DNA of 64,000 nt from Spirochaetia bacterium (GCA_963668315.1 OY764216.1:416001-480000); one strand, 5' to 3'; shown: positions 39,517 through 50,763, numbered from the stretch's first letter. The notes: generated from the sequence alone by a model not told the origin. Made by a program: numbers and translations.

Positions 39517-40227
39517 TTAACGTTTTTCCCTGTGAACCAGATGGGTCAGGTACAATGCCGCGGCGATAATGCTCAGAAAATAGACCAGATCCCGTGAGTC
39601 GATGAGTCCCTTGGCGATGCTCTCGAAGTGATAGCTGGAACTGAGGAACTGGAGAAATCCCGTAAGAAAGGGGGGAACCAGAATGAGCATACTGTTCAGA
39701 ATATAGAGGAAGAAGCAGACCGCCACGCTTATGATAAAGGCCACCACCTGGTTATGGGTCAATGAAGAGGCCAGCACGCCAATGGCCGTATAGGCGGCGG
39801 CGAGAAACAGAGCTCCCACGAAGCCTCCCACAACGGGCCCCATGTCCAGGTCTCCGGTCATAGCCACGAAGATAGGATAGAGCAGAGTGGGCACCATCAT
39901 GACAAGCACCATGGCCAGGGCGGAGAAGTATTTTCCCAGAACCACTTCCAGGCGGGAGAGGGGCAGGGTCATGAGGATCTCGTAACTGCCGCTCCGGTAC
40001 TCTTCGGAGAAAACCCGCATGGTAAGGGCGGGAATCGTGAAGGTAAGAATCAGGGGCAGAAGACTGAAGAATCGTCTCATATTCACCTGATTCAGAAGAA
40101 AATAGGTCGAGAAGAAAAACCATCCGGCCGTAACCAGAAACAGGGCCATAATGATATAGGCGACGGGACTGACAAACAGAGCCCGGAATTCCCGTTTGAA
40201 GACTTTACCTGTATTCACAAAACTCAT
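39517..40227 (-). CDS. GldF-like ABC-2 permease
   Basis: SPVAY, PALTMR.FSEE..SGS.E.L.TLP and GLIDSRD. Confidence 0.9.
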   Translation of the reverse strand: MSFVNTGKVFKREFRALFVSPVAYIIMALFLVTAGWFFFSTYFLLNQVNMRRFFSLLPLILTFTIPALTMRVFSEEYRSGSYEILMTLPLSRLEVVLGKYFSALAMVLVMMVPTLLYPIFVAMTGDLDMGPVVGGFVGALFLAAAYTAIGVLASSLTHNQVVAFIISVAVCFFLYILNSMLILVPPFLTGFLQFLSSSYHFESIAKGLIDSRDLVYFLSIIAAALYLTHLVHREKR

Positions 40228-41156
40228 CAGTTTTCTCCTCCCTGTGTCAGCTGTCTGAAAATGCTTTCCAGGGATTGGCTCTCCCGGTGCAGTTCCATAA
40301 GAATCCAGTCCTGCCTTCTAACCGCCCGGTAAACCGGTTCTCTCAGATCTTCCTGCGACTCCAGATGGACGTTTACAAGTCTCTCCCGCTCCTCAAAACG
40401 TGACTTGCCGATTCCGGGGATGTTCTCCAGCACTGATCTGGCCTCCGCTTCCGAAGCTCCCTTAATCTGCAGAGAGAGGGAGGAAGTTCCCTGCCCGGCA
40501 AGGAGTTCTCCCATGCTGCCGTCCGCGGCGATCTTTCCTTTGTTGATGATAACGACCCGGTCGCATGTCGCCTCGGCCTCGCTGAGGATATGAGTCGAAA
40601 AGATAACCGTTTTCTCCCTGCCTATCTCCCGTATAATGGACCGGATCTCGCCGATCTGGTTGGGGTCGAGACCGCTTGTCGGTTCGTCCAGCACGAGAAT
40701 GGCCGGATCGCTCATCATGGCCAGGGCCAGGCCGACCCTCTGTCTGTACCCCTTGGAAAGGGCGGCGATATTCTTATGCATTACGCCGCCGATGCCGCAG
40801 AGCTCGGCCATTTCCCTGATTCTCTTAACCCGCGCTTCCCCGGAGATGCCCCTCACTTCGGCAATGTACATGAGATAATCGAAGACCAGCATATCCGTAT
40901 ACAGGGGAGACGATTCGGGGAGATAGCCGATAAGGGCCTTGGCCTGTTCCGCTTCGTTCCGGACATCATGGCCGTCGACATAGATGGTTCCTCCCGTGGG
41001 CTGGAGAAATCCTGTCAGAATTCTCAGGGTCGTGGACTTCCCCGCTCCGTTCGGCCCCAGAAGCCCCATAACCTGTCCCTTCGGAATTTCCAGCGAAAGC
41101 CGGTCTACCGCCAGAAGATCGTCATAACGCTTTGATAGCTCATCGATAGTAATCAT
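40227..41156 (-). CDS. GldA-like ABC ATP-binding protein
   Basis: GPNGAGKST, LSKGYRQRVG and LDEPT. Confidence 0.93.
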   Translation of the reverse strand: MITIDELSKRYDDLLAVDRLSLEIPKGQVMGLLGPNGAGKSTTLRILTGFLQPTGGTIYVDGHDVRNEAEQAKALIGYLPESSPLYTDMLVFDYLMYIAEVRGISGEARVKRIREMAELCGIGGVMHKNIAALSKGYRQRVGLALAMMSDPAILVLDEPTSGLDPNQIGEIRSIIREIGREKTVIFSTHILSEAEATCDRVVIINKGKIAADGSMGELLAGQGTSSLSLQIKGASEAEARSVLENIPGIGKSRFEERERLVNVHLESQEDLREPVYRAVRRQDWILMELHRESQSLESIFRQLTQGGEN

Positions 41157-41405
41157 TTATCCTCCTGTCTGATTTTATCCGGACGTTCCTTGATCCGTCC
41201 GGAGGATTAGGCTTTATCCCTATAACAAGACAATCGGACAAAGGTTACAACTTTAACAGTCTTTATAAGACATTAATACCCTCCCTTATACATTACAGGA
41301 CTGTAATGTTGTAAATAAGAAGCAGGTTCCAGTTGCATAAATCCTTTGTTGCATTACCCTTAGACTCCTGTTACCATATAAGGAAAGAGAGAGAGGAGCG
41401 ACTCC

Positions 41406-42209
41406 ATGGGCAAAGATAAAATTGTGGAAAAAAAAGAGATTCCCAAAAAGGTTTATGAAAAGGAACTGCAGAAAATGCAGCTCGAACTGATAAAGCTGCA
41501 GCAGTGGATAAAGTTCAAAGGCCTTAAGGTCGTAGTCATCTTCGAAGGAAGGGATGCGGCGGGAAAGGGGGGGATCATCCAGCGGATATCCCAGAATCTG
41601 AATCCCCGTATCTGCCATGTCGCCGCCCTGGGAAAACCCTCAGAGAGGGAGGAGTCGCAGTGGTATTTTCAGAGGTACGTGCCCTACCTTCCGGCCAAGG
41701 GCGAAATGGTTCTCTTTGACAGAAGCTGGTACAACTGCGTCGGTGTGGACAGGGTTATGGGCTTCACCACCCCCGATCAGTGGGAAGAGTTCTACCAGAG
41801 CTGTCCCGCCTTCGAGGAGATGCTCATACGCTCCGGCATCATCCTCATCAAGTACTGGATCTCCGTTTCCGACGGCGAACAGGAGAGGCGTTTCCGCCGC
41901 CGCATTCAGGATCCGACGAAACGCTGGAAACTCAGCCCCATGGATCTGAAATCACGGCTTTACTGGGACGAGTACTCCCGCGCCAAGGACACCATGTTCC
42001 AGTACTGCGACACGGAGATATCCCCCTGGTACGTGGTCCCGGCGGACAGCAAGAGACAGGCCCGGCTGAACTGTATCGATCATCTCCTAAGCCTTATCCC
42101 CTACGAAAGCGTCCCCCCCCGTGATAAAATCGACCTGCCCGAAAGGAAAATTACCGATTACGAGAGGCCGAACTATCATCACCAGAGGATCATTCCTCAG
42201 AAATTCTAA
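41406..42209 (+). CDS. ppk2: Polyphosphate kinase 2
   Basis: [17 protein letters not shown] and WKLSPMD. Confidence 0.95.
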   Translation: MGKDKIVEKKEIPKKVYEKELQKMQLELIKLQQWIKFKGLKVVVIFEGRDAAGKGGIIQRISQNLNPRICHVAALGKPSEREESQWYFQRYVPYLPAKGEMVLFDRSWYNCVGVDRVMGFTTPDQWEEFYQSCPAFEEMLIRSGIILIKYWISVSDGEQERRFRRRIQDPTKRWKLSPMDLKSRLYWDEYSRAKDTMFQYCDTEISPWYVVPADSKRQARLNCIDHLLSLIPYESVPPRDKIDLPERKITDYERPNYHHQRIIPQKF

Positions 42210-44061
42210 AGATATTGACGTTCTTCTCCAGACTGTCGGTCGCATCATCCAATCTGCGGGCCTGCTCCTGGAGGGAGAGGGAGGATTCCATGACCTCCCT
42301 GGCGCCTATGCTCATCTCCCCCATGGCGGCCTGATTTTCCGCGGAAATCTGAAGAACCCCTTCCAGAGCCTCGGAGACCTCCTCCCGTTCCCGGTTCATC
42401 TGCTGGGAAAGATCCCTCAGATTCAGGGAGTTCTGATTCAGATCTGTCATGGCCCGGGTTATCTCCGTGCTTCCGATTTTCAGTTCGGAAACGCTGCTTT
42501 CTATCTCCATCAGGGAATTGACCACTTCGCCTATTCCCCTGGTCAGGCTGTCAAAGGATTCCTGGGTTTTTCCCCCCCGGCGGGCGGCTTCCTCGATACG
42601 GCCGATGATCTCCTTGATATTCTCGTTTATCTGTTTGGAATTTTCCGATGAGGTTTCTGCCAGCTTTCGGATCTCCTCGGCCACCACGGAAAATCCCCGG
42701 CCCGCGTCACCGGCATGGGCCGCTTCGATGGCGGCATTCATGGCCAGAAGATTCGTCCGTGAGGCGATGGTCAGAATAACCTGGGTGATGGCTTTGATAT
42801 TATCGATGGAAGCGTCAATCTCCTGAATTCCCGTAATGGTCTCCTCCATGACGCCCCGCCCCTCTTCGGCCTCGCCGTTCAGCCTCCGGGCCGCGTCAAT
42901 TCTGCCGCGGGCGATTCCGGCGATGCTCTCTATGTTGGCGGCCATCTCGGTCACAGCCGAGGTGGACTGCTGCTGCAGTGTCACCTGATTATCAATACCG
43001 CTGTCGATGGTGCCCACCGCCTCGCCGAGCCGTCCCATGGACTGGGAAACCTGGCCTATGTTCCTGTCCAGCTCCCCGGCGGACCGGTTGATGGACTCGA
43101 GATTACCGTTCATTTCGGTCATGGCGGAACTGGTCTGTTCCGATACGGCCGACAGATGCTCCTTAATCTCCACCGTACGGGAGGAGGATTCGGTGATGGA
43201 GCTGATGAGGGAAGCCACGCTCAGACGGACATTGGACAGATCGGAAAGAAGGCAGCCCAGCTCATCGCGGGAAGTGATCGTGGGGGGCTCAAAGGAGAAG
43301 TCTCCCCCGGCCATTTTGTTCAGAAGGGTACGGGAAGTTCCCACCCGGTGAAGAATTCCGTCCAGAAGCATGATCACGTCCAGGGTGGCTATGGCCACAC
43401 AGGCCAGGAAGATGACGGACTGCTTGATCCGGATCTGCCTGTACAGTCCGAAACCGCCGCCGTACTCGGCATGGTGGAGAATAATAAATTTCGTGCTGAT
43501 GAGGGAAACACCGTAAAGACCGACCATGCAGAGCATCACGACCAGAAGAAAACGGAGTTTCAGGCTCAGGGAGAGATGTTTCTCGGTGAAGGGAATATGA
43601 CCGTTCTGCTGCTCGTAGTAGCGGATAAAAAGAATATAGGAAGGCATTCCGAACAGGACTTCCAGTGAGAAGCAGATAAGGACCTCCTCGGCCAGATACT
43701 CCTTGAAGCTTCCCTTGATGAAGGCAATAATGACGCCGGCGAGAAGGCTGTAGAGAATCGCCGCGGCCAGGGGGATGGTAGGATATTTGACGAAGGTCTT
43801 CTGAAAGCTCTCCAGCTCCTCCCCTGTCATACCGGGGACATAACCTTTCATGAAGCGGTTGTTCCTGACAAGGGTAAGCATGATAAATGCCATATAGCCA
43901 AGAAGATATACATACATAAGCGGGCTTTTAAGGAGAAAAATAACTCCTCTCGCCCCGTCGATATAAAACCTCATTACAACGTTGGCGACAATGGGGATAA
44001 AGTAGATACCGACGATGTGGGGAAACAGCAGATGGGCTCTACCGGTTGAACTCTCTGTCAT
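42190..44061 (-). CDS. Methyl-accepting chemotaxis protein with multi-TM sensor, HAMP and MA domains
   Basis: [33 protein letters not shown] and RDELG. Start trimmed to ATG 44061. Confidence 0.93.
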   Translation of the reverse strand: MTESSTGRAHLLFPHIVGIYFIPIVANVVMRFYIDGARGVIFLLKSPLMYVYLLGYMAFIMLTLVRNNRFMKGYVPGMTGEELESFQKTFVKYPTIPLAAAILYSLLAGVIIAFIKGSFKEYLAEEVLICFSLEVLFGMPSYILFIRYYEQQNGHIPFTEKHLSLSLKLRFLLVVMLCMVGLYGVSLISTKFIILHHAEYGGGFGLYRQIRIKQSVIFLACVAIATLDVIMLLDGILHRVGTSRTLLNKMAGGDFSFEPPTITSRDELGCLLSDLSNVRLSVASLISSITESSSRTVEIKEHLSAVSEQTSSAMTEMNGNLESINRSAGELDRNIGQVSQSMGRLGEAVGTIDSGIDNQVTLQQQSTSAVTEMAANIESIAGIARGRIDAARRLNGEAEEGRGVMEETITGIQEIDASIDNIKAITQVILTIASRTNLLAMNAAIEAAHAGDAGRGFSVVAEEIRKLAETSSENSKQINENIKEIIGRIEEAARRGGKTQESFDSLTRGIGEVVNSLMEIESSVSELKIGSTEITRAMTDLNQNSLNLRDLSQQMNREREEVSEALEGVLQISAENQAAMGEMSIGAREVMESSLSLQEQARRLDDATDSLEKNVNIFRISEE

Positions 44062-44181
44062 GGAAGGACTCCGAATAATATTTAATATGCCTTTATTATA
44101 GGCCCATGGCGGAAATATTACCACGAAGTTTTTACAATTCCTCTTCTTGTTCTCTCCCGGCAATCCTGATAGGATGGGTTC

Positions 44182-44949
44182 GTGGAAACTTTACATGATT
44201 TTATAGAACGGATTTCCCGCGAGGCGGGACGGCTGGCCCTCCAGTACAGAGACAAGGACTCTCTTCTTATAGAGAATAAACACGCCAACCGCAAGGACAT
44301 TGTGACAGCCGCGGATAAGGCCATAGAACGGTATCTGAGGGATGAGATTCTCCATGCCTACCCGGATCACTCCATCATGGGGGAAGAGGGGGATGACATC
44401 AAGGGCAACGAATGCCTGTGGGTGCTTGATCCCATCGACGGAACGGTCTCCTTTGCCCACGGCCTCCCCATATTCACCGTTTCCATCGGCTATATGGAAG
44501 GGGATGTGATCAAGGCGGGGGCGATTACCGCGCCCGTCCTGGATGAGTTTTTCTATGCCGAAAGGGGCAAGGGGGCGTTCCTCAACGGAAGGCCTATCCA
44601 TGTATCCGACTGTTCCGTACCGGAAGAAGCGGTTATGGCCACGGGATTCGCCTGTCTGAGGGATAACCTGAAAGAGAACAACCTGGAGCGGTTCAGCCGC
44701 ATCGCCCCCCGGGTCCAGCACATGAGCCGTCTCGGATCGGCGGCTTACGACATGGCCATGGTCGCCGCGGGTCGGGTGGAAGGGTACTGGGAACAGCAGC
44801 TCAATCTCTACGATATCGCCGCCGGGGTCGTTCTTGTGGAAGAGGCGGGGGGAATCGTCTCCGATTTTTCCGGGGCCCCGGTGGTCAATCCCCGGCAGAT
44901 ACTCGCCGCCAATCCGGCCATGCACGGACAAATGCTTTCATGGATGTGA
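44182..44949 (+). CDS. Inositol monophosphatase family protein (SuhB-like)
   Basis: [18 protein letters not shown] and YDIAAG. Confidence 0.92.
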   Translation: METLHDFIERISREAGRLALQYRDKDSLLIENKHANRKDIVTAADKAIERYLRDEILHAYPDHSIMGEEGDDIKGNECLWVLDPIDGTVSFAHGLPIFTVSIGYMEGDVIKAGAITAPVLDEFFYAERGKGAFLNGRPIHVSDCSVPEEAVMATGFACLRDNLKENNLERFSRIAPRVQHMSRLGSAAYDMAMVAAGRVEGYWEQQLNLYDIAAGVVLVEEAGGIVSDFSGAPVVNPRQILAANPAMHGQMLSWM

Positions 44950-45326
44950 GAATACGGCGCTACGCCCCTTCCCTGTTCTGCCTGATGATGATTACGGTTC
45001 TATCCGCCATTCCGGGAGTCACCTTTAAAGAGCCCCGTTATAACTTCTTCGGGACCGATAAGATCGGACACATGGGGCTCTATTTTCTCTTCACCCTGAG
45101 CCTTTTCCACTCCGCCGGAAGAAAGAAAGCCGACGGAAGCGCTCTGCTGCTGGCACTGGGAGCCTCCCTCGGCTGGGGCGGGCTTATGGAACTGATGCAG
45201 ACCCTGGACATCATCGGCCGTTCCGCCGACTGGCGCGACATGCTGGCGAATCTGACCGGAGCCCTTTTGGCTTTCTCTCTGTTCGCCCTCTACCTGGCGG
45301 TGAGAAACCGGAAGCGGGCGGTCTGA
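44940..45326 (+). CDS. VanZ family membrane protein
   Basis: DKIGH, ELMQ and GRSADWRD..AN..G. Confidence 0.85.
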   Translation: MDVRIRRYAPSLFCLMMITVLSAIPGVTFKEPRYNFFGTDKIGHMGLYFLFTLSLFHSAGRKKADGSALLLALGASLGWGGLMELMQTLDIIGRSADWRDMLANLTGALLAFSLFALYLAVRNRKRAV

Positions 45327-45330
45327 TTTT

Positions 45331-46401
45331 ATGTCCGTCATGACCTGTCTCATCTGCCCTAACGGCTGCGGGCTTTCCTATCGAGAGAAAGACGGAGTCT
45401 GTTATATCCGGGGCAACCGCTGTCTTCGGGGAGTCGGCTTCGCCGAAAAAGTCCTCATAGAAAAGGGAATCCCCGGTCCCTTCCGTTCGGAAAAGCCGTT
45501 CCTCCGCTACAGCGAAGAGGAGATCGCCGCCCTTCTGGCCCGGTGGGATCTCCCCCTGACGTCCCTGGAAGAGAACCGCTTCATCCAGGGCAGCCCCGAA
45601 CGTTCCCTTTACCGCACATCCCTCCTCAGCGGAGAGAGAAGACTGATACTCGAACAGATAACCCCGGAACGGGCGGAGAAAAATGAAAATACCGCCCTCC
45701 GCCTGGAACATATGAAGGAGGGGGGACTGCCCGTACTGCCCTTCCTGAGGGGAAAGGACGGAAGGGCTTCCCAGGAGGAGGGGGGACATTACTGGCGCCT
45801 TCTCCCCTTCGCCCGGGGGATATCACTGAACAGAAGCGCTTATCCCGGTGACGAATGGCGGGGAAAGGCCCTGGGACAGTTTCTCTGCCGCCTCTACAGC
45901 CTTGAAAAGCCCGATCCCGACGAACAGACGTTCAGCCTCACCGGTTTCATCAACGGGCTTATCGAAAAAATCAGCCTGCACCATACGGACCTTCTCATGC
46001 CCCTGAATCCCATACTGCACCGGCTCGAGGAGAGGATTTTTCCCCTCTACGACCAAATCCCCGCCGTATTCGGACACGGCGATCCCCACCCTCTGAATGT
46101 CATCTGGGGCGAGGAAGAGATCAAGGCTGTCATTGACTGGGAATTCAGCGGAACGAAGCCGATTCTGTACGATGCGGCCCTGATCATGGGATGTGTCGGA
46201 TCCGAAGCTCCCGAAGCCTTTGACAGCCCCTTCAACAGGGCCTTCTACAGGGAGATAGCCTCGGTCATCCCCCCGGAATGGCTGGCCCTTCTGCCCGACT
46301 TCATCCTGGCCCAGCGTTTCGCCTGGCTGAATGAATGGCTCCGCCATGAAGACGAAGCCATGGTAAGTCAGGAGCTGCGCTACATGGAAATGCTGCTTTA
46401 G
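45331..46401 (+). CDS. APH/homoserine kinase type II-like phosphotransferase with N-terminal DUF1667-like Cys motif
   Basis: CLICPNGC...GNRCLRG N-terminus; HGDPHPLNV and IDWEF kinase motifs. Confidence 0.8.
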   Translation: MSVMTCLICPNGCGLSYREKDGVCYIRGNRCLRGVGFAEKVLIEKGIPGPFRSEKPFLRYSEEEIAALLARWDLPLTSLEENRFIQGSPERSLYRTSLLSGERRLILEQITPERAEKNENTALRLEHMKEGGLPVLPFLRGKDGRASQEEGGHYWRLLPFARGISLNRSAYPGDEWRGKALGQFLCRLYSLEKPDPDEQTFSLTGFINGLIEKISLHHTDLLMPLNPILHRLEERIFPLYDQIPAVFGHGDPHPLNVIWGEEEIKAVIDWEFSGTKPILYDAALIMGCVGSEAPEAFDSPFNRAFYREIASVIPPEWLALLPDFILAQRFAWLNEWLRHEDEAMVSQELRYMEMLL

Positions 46402-46437
46402 CTTCCCTCCGTCCCGGCCGGTTGAGCCGGCAACGGA

Positions 46438-48573
46438 CTAGAAATTCTCAAACTCATCGTCCCACTCTTCGGAGGGAGCTTCAATCTGCTTGGCGGCAGG
46501 TTCGATCCTCTCCGGCTTCATGGTCTCTCTTTTATTTTTGACAGGAGCCGGTCTGGACGGACCGGTTTCCGATCCGATTTTAAAGTAATTCACCGCATCC
46601 TTCATGGCGTTCGCCTGGGCTGTGAGCTCCTCGGACATGGAGGATAGCTGCTCCGCCGCGGAGGAATTCCTCTGTACGACGCTGTCCAGTTCCAGAAGGG
46701 CGTTGTTAATCTGGGTGGCTCCGTTGCTCTGTTCCTGACTGGCCACGGTTATCTCTTCGACGAGATCGGCCGTTTTCTTCATGGCGGGAACGATCTGATC
46801 GATCAGATCCTTCGCCTCGACCGCCCGGTTCACGCTGTTCTGGGTGATTTCGGTAATCTCCTTGGCCGCTTCGCCGCTGGATTCGGCCAGCTTTCTGACT
46901 TCCGAGGCGACCACGGCAAATCCCTTACCCGCTTCGCCCGCTCTCGCCGCTTCGATCGCCGCATTCAGGGCCAGCATATTGGTATTGCGGGCGATATCTT
47001 CAATCACACCGATTTTTTCGGCAATATCCTTCATGGCTTTCACCGTATCATCAACGGCGGTACCGCCCTTCTGCGAATCCTGAGTCACCTTCTGCGCCAT
47101 GGTATTTGACTGCTGGGCATTATCGGTATTCTGCTGAATATTCGAATTCAGCTGTTCCATGGAGGCGGAAACCTCTTCCATATTGGTCGCCTGCAGATTT
47201 GTTCCCTTGGCAATCCCTTCGGAGGATGCCGCTATCTGATTACTGCCCGAGAGAACCTCGTTGGAGGAGTTCATGATGGTGAGGATGGACTCCTTCAGCT
47301 TCTGCTGCATCTCCTTCAGGGCGCTCACCAGGGCTCCGATCTCATCCTTCTGGGTGATATCAATCTGCTGGGTAAGATCTCCCGCCGCGATATTTTCCGT
47401 GAAGACCAGCGCCCGCTTGATGGGAAGGACGATACGGGACGAGAGGAAATAGAGAAGGATCAGGGCGATAACCGTAACAACAAGCCCCACGATGATTCCC
47501 GAAAGGGTCGTCCTTCGGTATTCCGCAGACAGATCCTCCGTCAGAGCCAGAGCTTGCTCAAAAACCAGGGCCCGGTCAACCTCTATGATAATAGACCAGG
47601 GTGTTCCCGTTCGCCCCAGGGGAATGGGCGCCTGAACTTTAACGATCCCCGTCTCCAGTCCCGTGTCAATGAAGGTTTCCCCCTTCTGGGTCCTGCTGAC
47701 CTCCTCGTCCCAGTTCTCTCCTCCCAGATCCTTCAGGGGTTTTCCGATGTAATCGGGAAACTCGCTGTCGGCCACGACAATTCCTTCGAAACTGACGACT
47801 TGTACGTTATTATGCCCCGAATACAGTCCTTCGGAAACGCTCACGCTGAGATTCTGGATAAATCCCAGTCTCAGGTCCGTACCGCCGATACCCAGGAATT
47901 TCCCGTCCACAATGATGGGCACGGATATCGTCGTCAGCCAGTCGGTCTGTCCCTGCACGATATAGGGGAAGGGATCCAGAATGTTCTCTCTCAGTCTTTC
48001 CCGGGGATTCAGATACCATCCGCCCCGCCTGATACCGTTCTCATAAAGGGAGTTGTCCTCGTAGTTAACCAGGGCCTGGCGGGCGATATTTCCCTCAAGA
48101 TCACGGTTCCAGTAGGGAATGAACCGTCCCGATTCGTCGTATCCCTCACCGGTCAAACCCCTGAATTCGGCATCTCTGCCGTCGAGGGCGTTCGGCTCCC
48201 AGGCGCTGTAAGTCCCCAGGAAGTCGGGATTCGTCTCCAGAACCGTCAGGAGAATATCGTTGAAGACAGTTCTCAGATCGATGTTTCCCCGGTCCTCATT
48301 ATTCTGTCTGACGGCTTTAAAGGAGTCGGCGATTGTCCGGGCTGAATCAAGGTTGATTTCCAGCTTAGACTGAATAAAACGCGCTTCACTGACGGCGAGG
48401 TTGAGAAGGACATCCTTCGTCTGTTCTTCGATCAGAGCATTGACTCGTGTTTCCACAGTATCCTGAGTACTGTTCTGTGATACGATCTGATTGCCGATAA
48501 GGATGATCCCCGTCAAAATCAGACTGATTCCTGCCATAAGTACGATTTGTGTTTTTAGTGATCTGAACTGCAT
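46438..48573 (-). CDS. Methyl-accepting chemotaxis protein with periplasmic dCache-like domain
   Basis: TM-WEPNA..GRFIPYW..WY..DP.Y-TM-HAMP and [26 protein letters not shown]. Confidence 0.94.
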   Translation of the reverse strand: MQFRSLKTQIVLMAGISLILTGIILIGNQIVSQNSTQDTVETRVNALIEEQTKDVLLNLAVSEARFIQSKLEINLDSARTIADSFKAVRQNNEDRGNIDLRTVFNDILLTVLETNPDFLGTYSAWEPNALDGRDAEFRGLTGEGYDESGRFIPYWNRDLEGNIARQALVNYEDNSLYENGIRRGGWYLNPRERLRENILDPFPYIVQGQTDWLTTISVPIIVDGKFLGIGGTDLRLGFIQNLSVSVSEGLYSGHNNVQVVSFEGIVVADSEFPDYIGKPLKDLGGENWDEEVSRTQKGETFIDTGLETGIVKVQAPIPLGRTGTPWSIIIEVDRALVFEQALALTEDLSAEYRRTTLSGIIVGLVVTVIALILLYFLSSRIVLPIKRALVFTENIAAGDLTQQIDITQKDEIGALVSALKEMQQKLKESILTIMNSSNEVLSGSNQIAASSEGIAKGTNLQATNMEEVSASMEQLNSNIQQNTDNAQQSNTMAQKVTQDSQKGGTAVDDTVKAMKDIAEKIGVIEDIARNTNMLALNAAIEAARAGEAGKGFAVVASEVRKLAESSGEAAKEITEITQNSVNRAVEAKDLIDQIVPAMKKTADLVEEITVASQEQSNGATQINNALLELDSVVQRNSSAAEQLSSMSEELTAQANAMKDAVNYFKIGSETGPSRPAPVKNKRETMKPERIEPAAKQIEAPSEEWDDEFENF

Positions 48574-48738
48574 CCCTTGACTCCTCGTTGTATATATGTT
48601 TTTTTTAATTTACAAGAACTAATTAAAGCTTAGGTGACGGAATCTGCGAATTCAATAGGGAGTTTCAAAAAGAATTTCAGCCATCTTTACTGATATTTTT
48701 ACATATTTTCCCTTCAAAGCTTCTTATATCCTATATAG

Positions 48739-48778
48739 ATGTAATAATCCCGCCGGAGACGCTTCGGGATTATTACAT
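48739..48778. terminator. 14-bp inverted repeat just downstream of asd (likely terminator)
   Basis: ATGTAATAATCCCG-12 nt-CGGGATTATTACAT. Confidence 0.7.
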
Positions 48779-48792
48779 TTACAGAGAAATCC

Positions 48793-49878
48793 CTACGGGA
48801 TAAGCCCCCGGGATAGGAGCAATTCAGCCGTCAGAACGGCGCCGCCCGCCGCTCCCCTCCGGGTATTATGGGAGAGGGCCGTGAACCGGTATCCCAGAAC
48901 CGGGCTCTTTCCCAGCCGTCCGACGGTGACGGCCATGCCGCCGCAGGCATCCCTGTCCAGCCGGGGCTGGGGATGAAAATCCCCGGGGAAGTAGCGCACG
49001 GCCGGACGGGGAGCGGAAGGAAGATCCCGTTCCTGCGGCTCCCCTTTGAACCGCCTGAAGAGGTCTTCCAGCTCACCGATCTCCGGCTGCCTTCCCTCAA
49101 CGGAAAACCAGACACAGCTGGTATGGCCGTGAACCACGGGAACACGGAGACAGTTGGAAGAAATGGAAAGGTTTTCATCGGATACGATCCGGTCCCCCTC
49201 AATCCGGCCGAAAATCTTCTGGGGTTCACAGAAAGCCTTCTCCTCTTCCGAGGGAAGGGCGATGAGATTATCAATAACATCCAGGGCGGACTGACCGGGA
49301 TACCCCGCCCCGGACAGGGCCTGCAGATTCGTGGTGATAACCTCTCCGATAGAAAAGCCCGCTCGACGCAGGACCGCAAGGGGCAGGACATAACTCTGAA
49401 CCCCGCAGTTTGGCTTGGTCACGAGGAAACCCTTCGTCCATCCCTCCCTTTTCTGCTGACGGGGAATAATCTCAAGAAGGTCAGGATTGACTTCGGGCAT
49501 GAGAATGGGAACGTTCTCTGTCAGGCGATGGGCGGAATTATTGGAGACCACGGGAAAACCGGCCGCGGCATAATCCCGCTCCACCCGGCGTGTGGTCTCT
49601 TTGTCGGCGGAGAAGGCGGAAAACAGCAGGGAGCATTTTCCACGGGCCGCCTCAATATCCCCCACGGCATAGACGGGAAGTTTCCCCGTTTTTTCCGGGA
49701 GGGGGCTCTCCATTCTCCATCTCGTGCTTACGCCTTCCCCATAGGTCTTTCCCGCCGACCTCTCCGAAGCGGCGAGAAAGGACAACTCGAACCAGGGATG
49801 GTTCTCCAGCAGCACCACATAATTCTGACCTACCATTCCCGTAGCGCCCAGAATACCGACTTGAATCTTCTCTTTCAT
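48793..49878 (-). CDS. asd: Aspartate-semialdehyde dehydrogenase
   Basis: GILGATGMVGQ, PNC, QALSGAGYPG, RVPVVHGH and HNTRRGAAGG. Start ATG 49878 with AGGAGG. Confidence 0.95.
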   Translation of the reverse strand: MKEKIQVGILGATGMVGQNYVVLLENHPWFELSFLAASERSAGKTYGEGVSTRWRMESPLPEKTGKLPVYAVGDIEAARGKCSLLFSAFSADKETTRRVERDYAAAGFPVVSNNSAHRLTENVPILMPEVNPDLLEIIPRQQKREGWTKGFLVTKPNCGVQSYVLPLAVLRRAGFSIGEVITTNLQALSGAGYPGQSALDVIDNLIALPSEEEKAFCEPQKIFGRIEGDRIVSDENLSISSNCLRVPVVHGHTSCVWFSVEGRQPEIGELEDLFRRFKGEPQERDLPSAPRPAVRYFPGDFHPQPRLDRDACGGMAVTVGRLGKSPVLGYRFTALSHNTRRGAAGGAVLTAELLLSRGLIP

Positions 49879-49918
49879 AGGTTCCTCCTTACAGCGCCGT
49901 ACGCCTTGGGCGGGACAT

Positions 49919-49945
49919 AAAAAAAGCCCCGCCATCGGGCGGGGC
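49919..49945 (-). terminator. Attenuator terminator in the asd leader
   Basis: Minus strand GCCCCGCC-CGAT-GGCGGGGC-TTTTTTT. Confidence 0.88.
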
Positions 49946-49968
49946 CTGTATTCGAAAAGATTATCCGA

Positions 49969-50043
49969 TCACACCACCAACGCCGAAGGCTTTCTGCAAA
50001 GAGAAGGTTTGGTTGTTGTGGTAGTGACGGTTATAAAATTCAT
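49969..50043 (-). CDS. Thr-rich attenuator leader peptide (ThrL-like, 24 aa) MNFITVTTTTTKPSLCRKPSALVV
   Basis: Hand translation; six Thr codons and one ATA Ile in codons 4-11, followed by a terminator upstream of asd. Confidence 0.78.
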   Translation of the reverse strand: MNFITVTTTTTKPSLCRKPSALVV

Positions 50044-50052
50044 ATTAACTAC

Positions 50053-50081
50053 GGTTTAGTTTATTTTTCCCCTTTCGTCAA
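50053..50081 (-). promoter_or_regulatory. Putative promoter of the asd leader
   Basis: TTGACG-17 nt-TAAACC (weak -10). Confidence 0.45.
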
Positions 50082-50090
50082 GGCGTAAAG

Positions 50091-50732
50091 CTAGGAAAGG
50101 GACAGTCCCAGGGCCAGAGCCATATGGGCGGCATAGTAGGTGGGAAGGATGAGTTTCCCCGGCGGGGTAAAGCCTATCAGCTCGGCCTCGGCAATGCAGA
50201 GGTCGGAGAAAAGGATAAGCCCGATTCCCAGAATAAAGAAAAGACGTCCCGATCCGGCTCCCCGAATCCCCCAGGCGAAGGAGAAAGAGAGACAGGAGAT
50301 GACCATATACAGGGTAATGGCGATTTTCAGCGGAAGTTCCTCCACCCTGGGAATCAGTCTGAAGATACAGTAGAGGACGAGGCTCCCGAAAAGGACCAGG
50401 AAAAGGATCGGGGGAAAGCGAGAGTTACCCGCCGCATAGGCCAGATAGAAGACATGGGCGAAAAAGAAAAGAACCGTACCGTATACGAACCATCCGGGCT
50501 TCTCCTTCCCCTCTTCCTCACGGTGGCTGAGGAAGAAATCCCCGGCGATGGAAATAAGAAGGGCGATGAGAATAAGCCGGACAGGGTCATTACCGGAGCC
50601 GGCAGGCAGTCGGCTGAAGAGAATTATCCCGATACAGGAGAGAGTCACTCCCACCTTGAAGGGAAACTTATTCGTTCTCACGGCCAGAACGGAGAAAATC
50701 AGGGGTAAGATAAAAAAGGGGTAAAGCAGCAT
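50091..50732 (-). CDS. YhhN/lysoplasmalogenase family membrane protein
   Basis: S.AGDFFL, G...FFFAH..Y, FSD and PTYYAAH. Confidence 0.85.
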   Translation of the reverse strand: MLLYPFFILPLIFSVLAVRTNKFPFKVGVTLSCIGIILFSRLPAGSGNDPVRLILIALLISIAGDFFLSHREEEGKEKPGWFVYGTVLFFFAHVFYLAYAAGNSRFPPILFLVLFGSLVLYCIFRLIPRVEELPLKIAITLYMVISCLSFSFAWGIRGAGSGRLFFILGIGLILFSDLCIAEAELIGFTPPGKLILPTYYAAHMALALGLSLS

Positions 50733-50763
50733 GATCGGTCCTCGCCCTTTGAATTATAGTTCA

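Noticed and set aside
41244..41280. Pho-box-like TT(A)ACA repeats upstream of ppk2
   Set aside because: Spacing is 9-9-11 nt rather than the 11-nt period, and the units are degenerate.
34215..42209. Convergent 3' overlaps (kinase/icd 32 bp; ppk2/MCP 20 bp)
   Set aside because: Short tail-to-tail overlaps are common, and both partners look intact.
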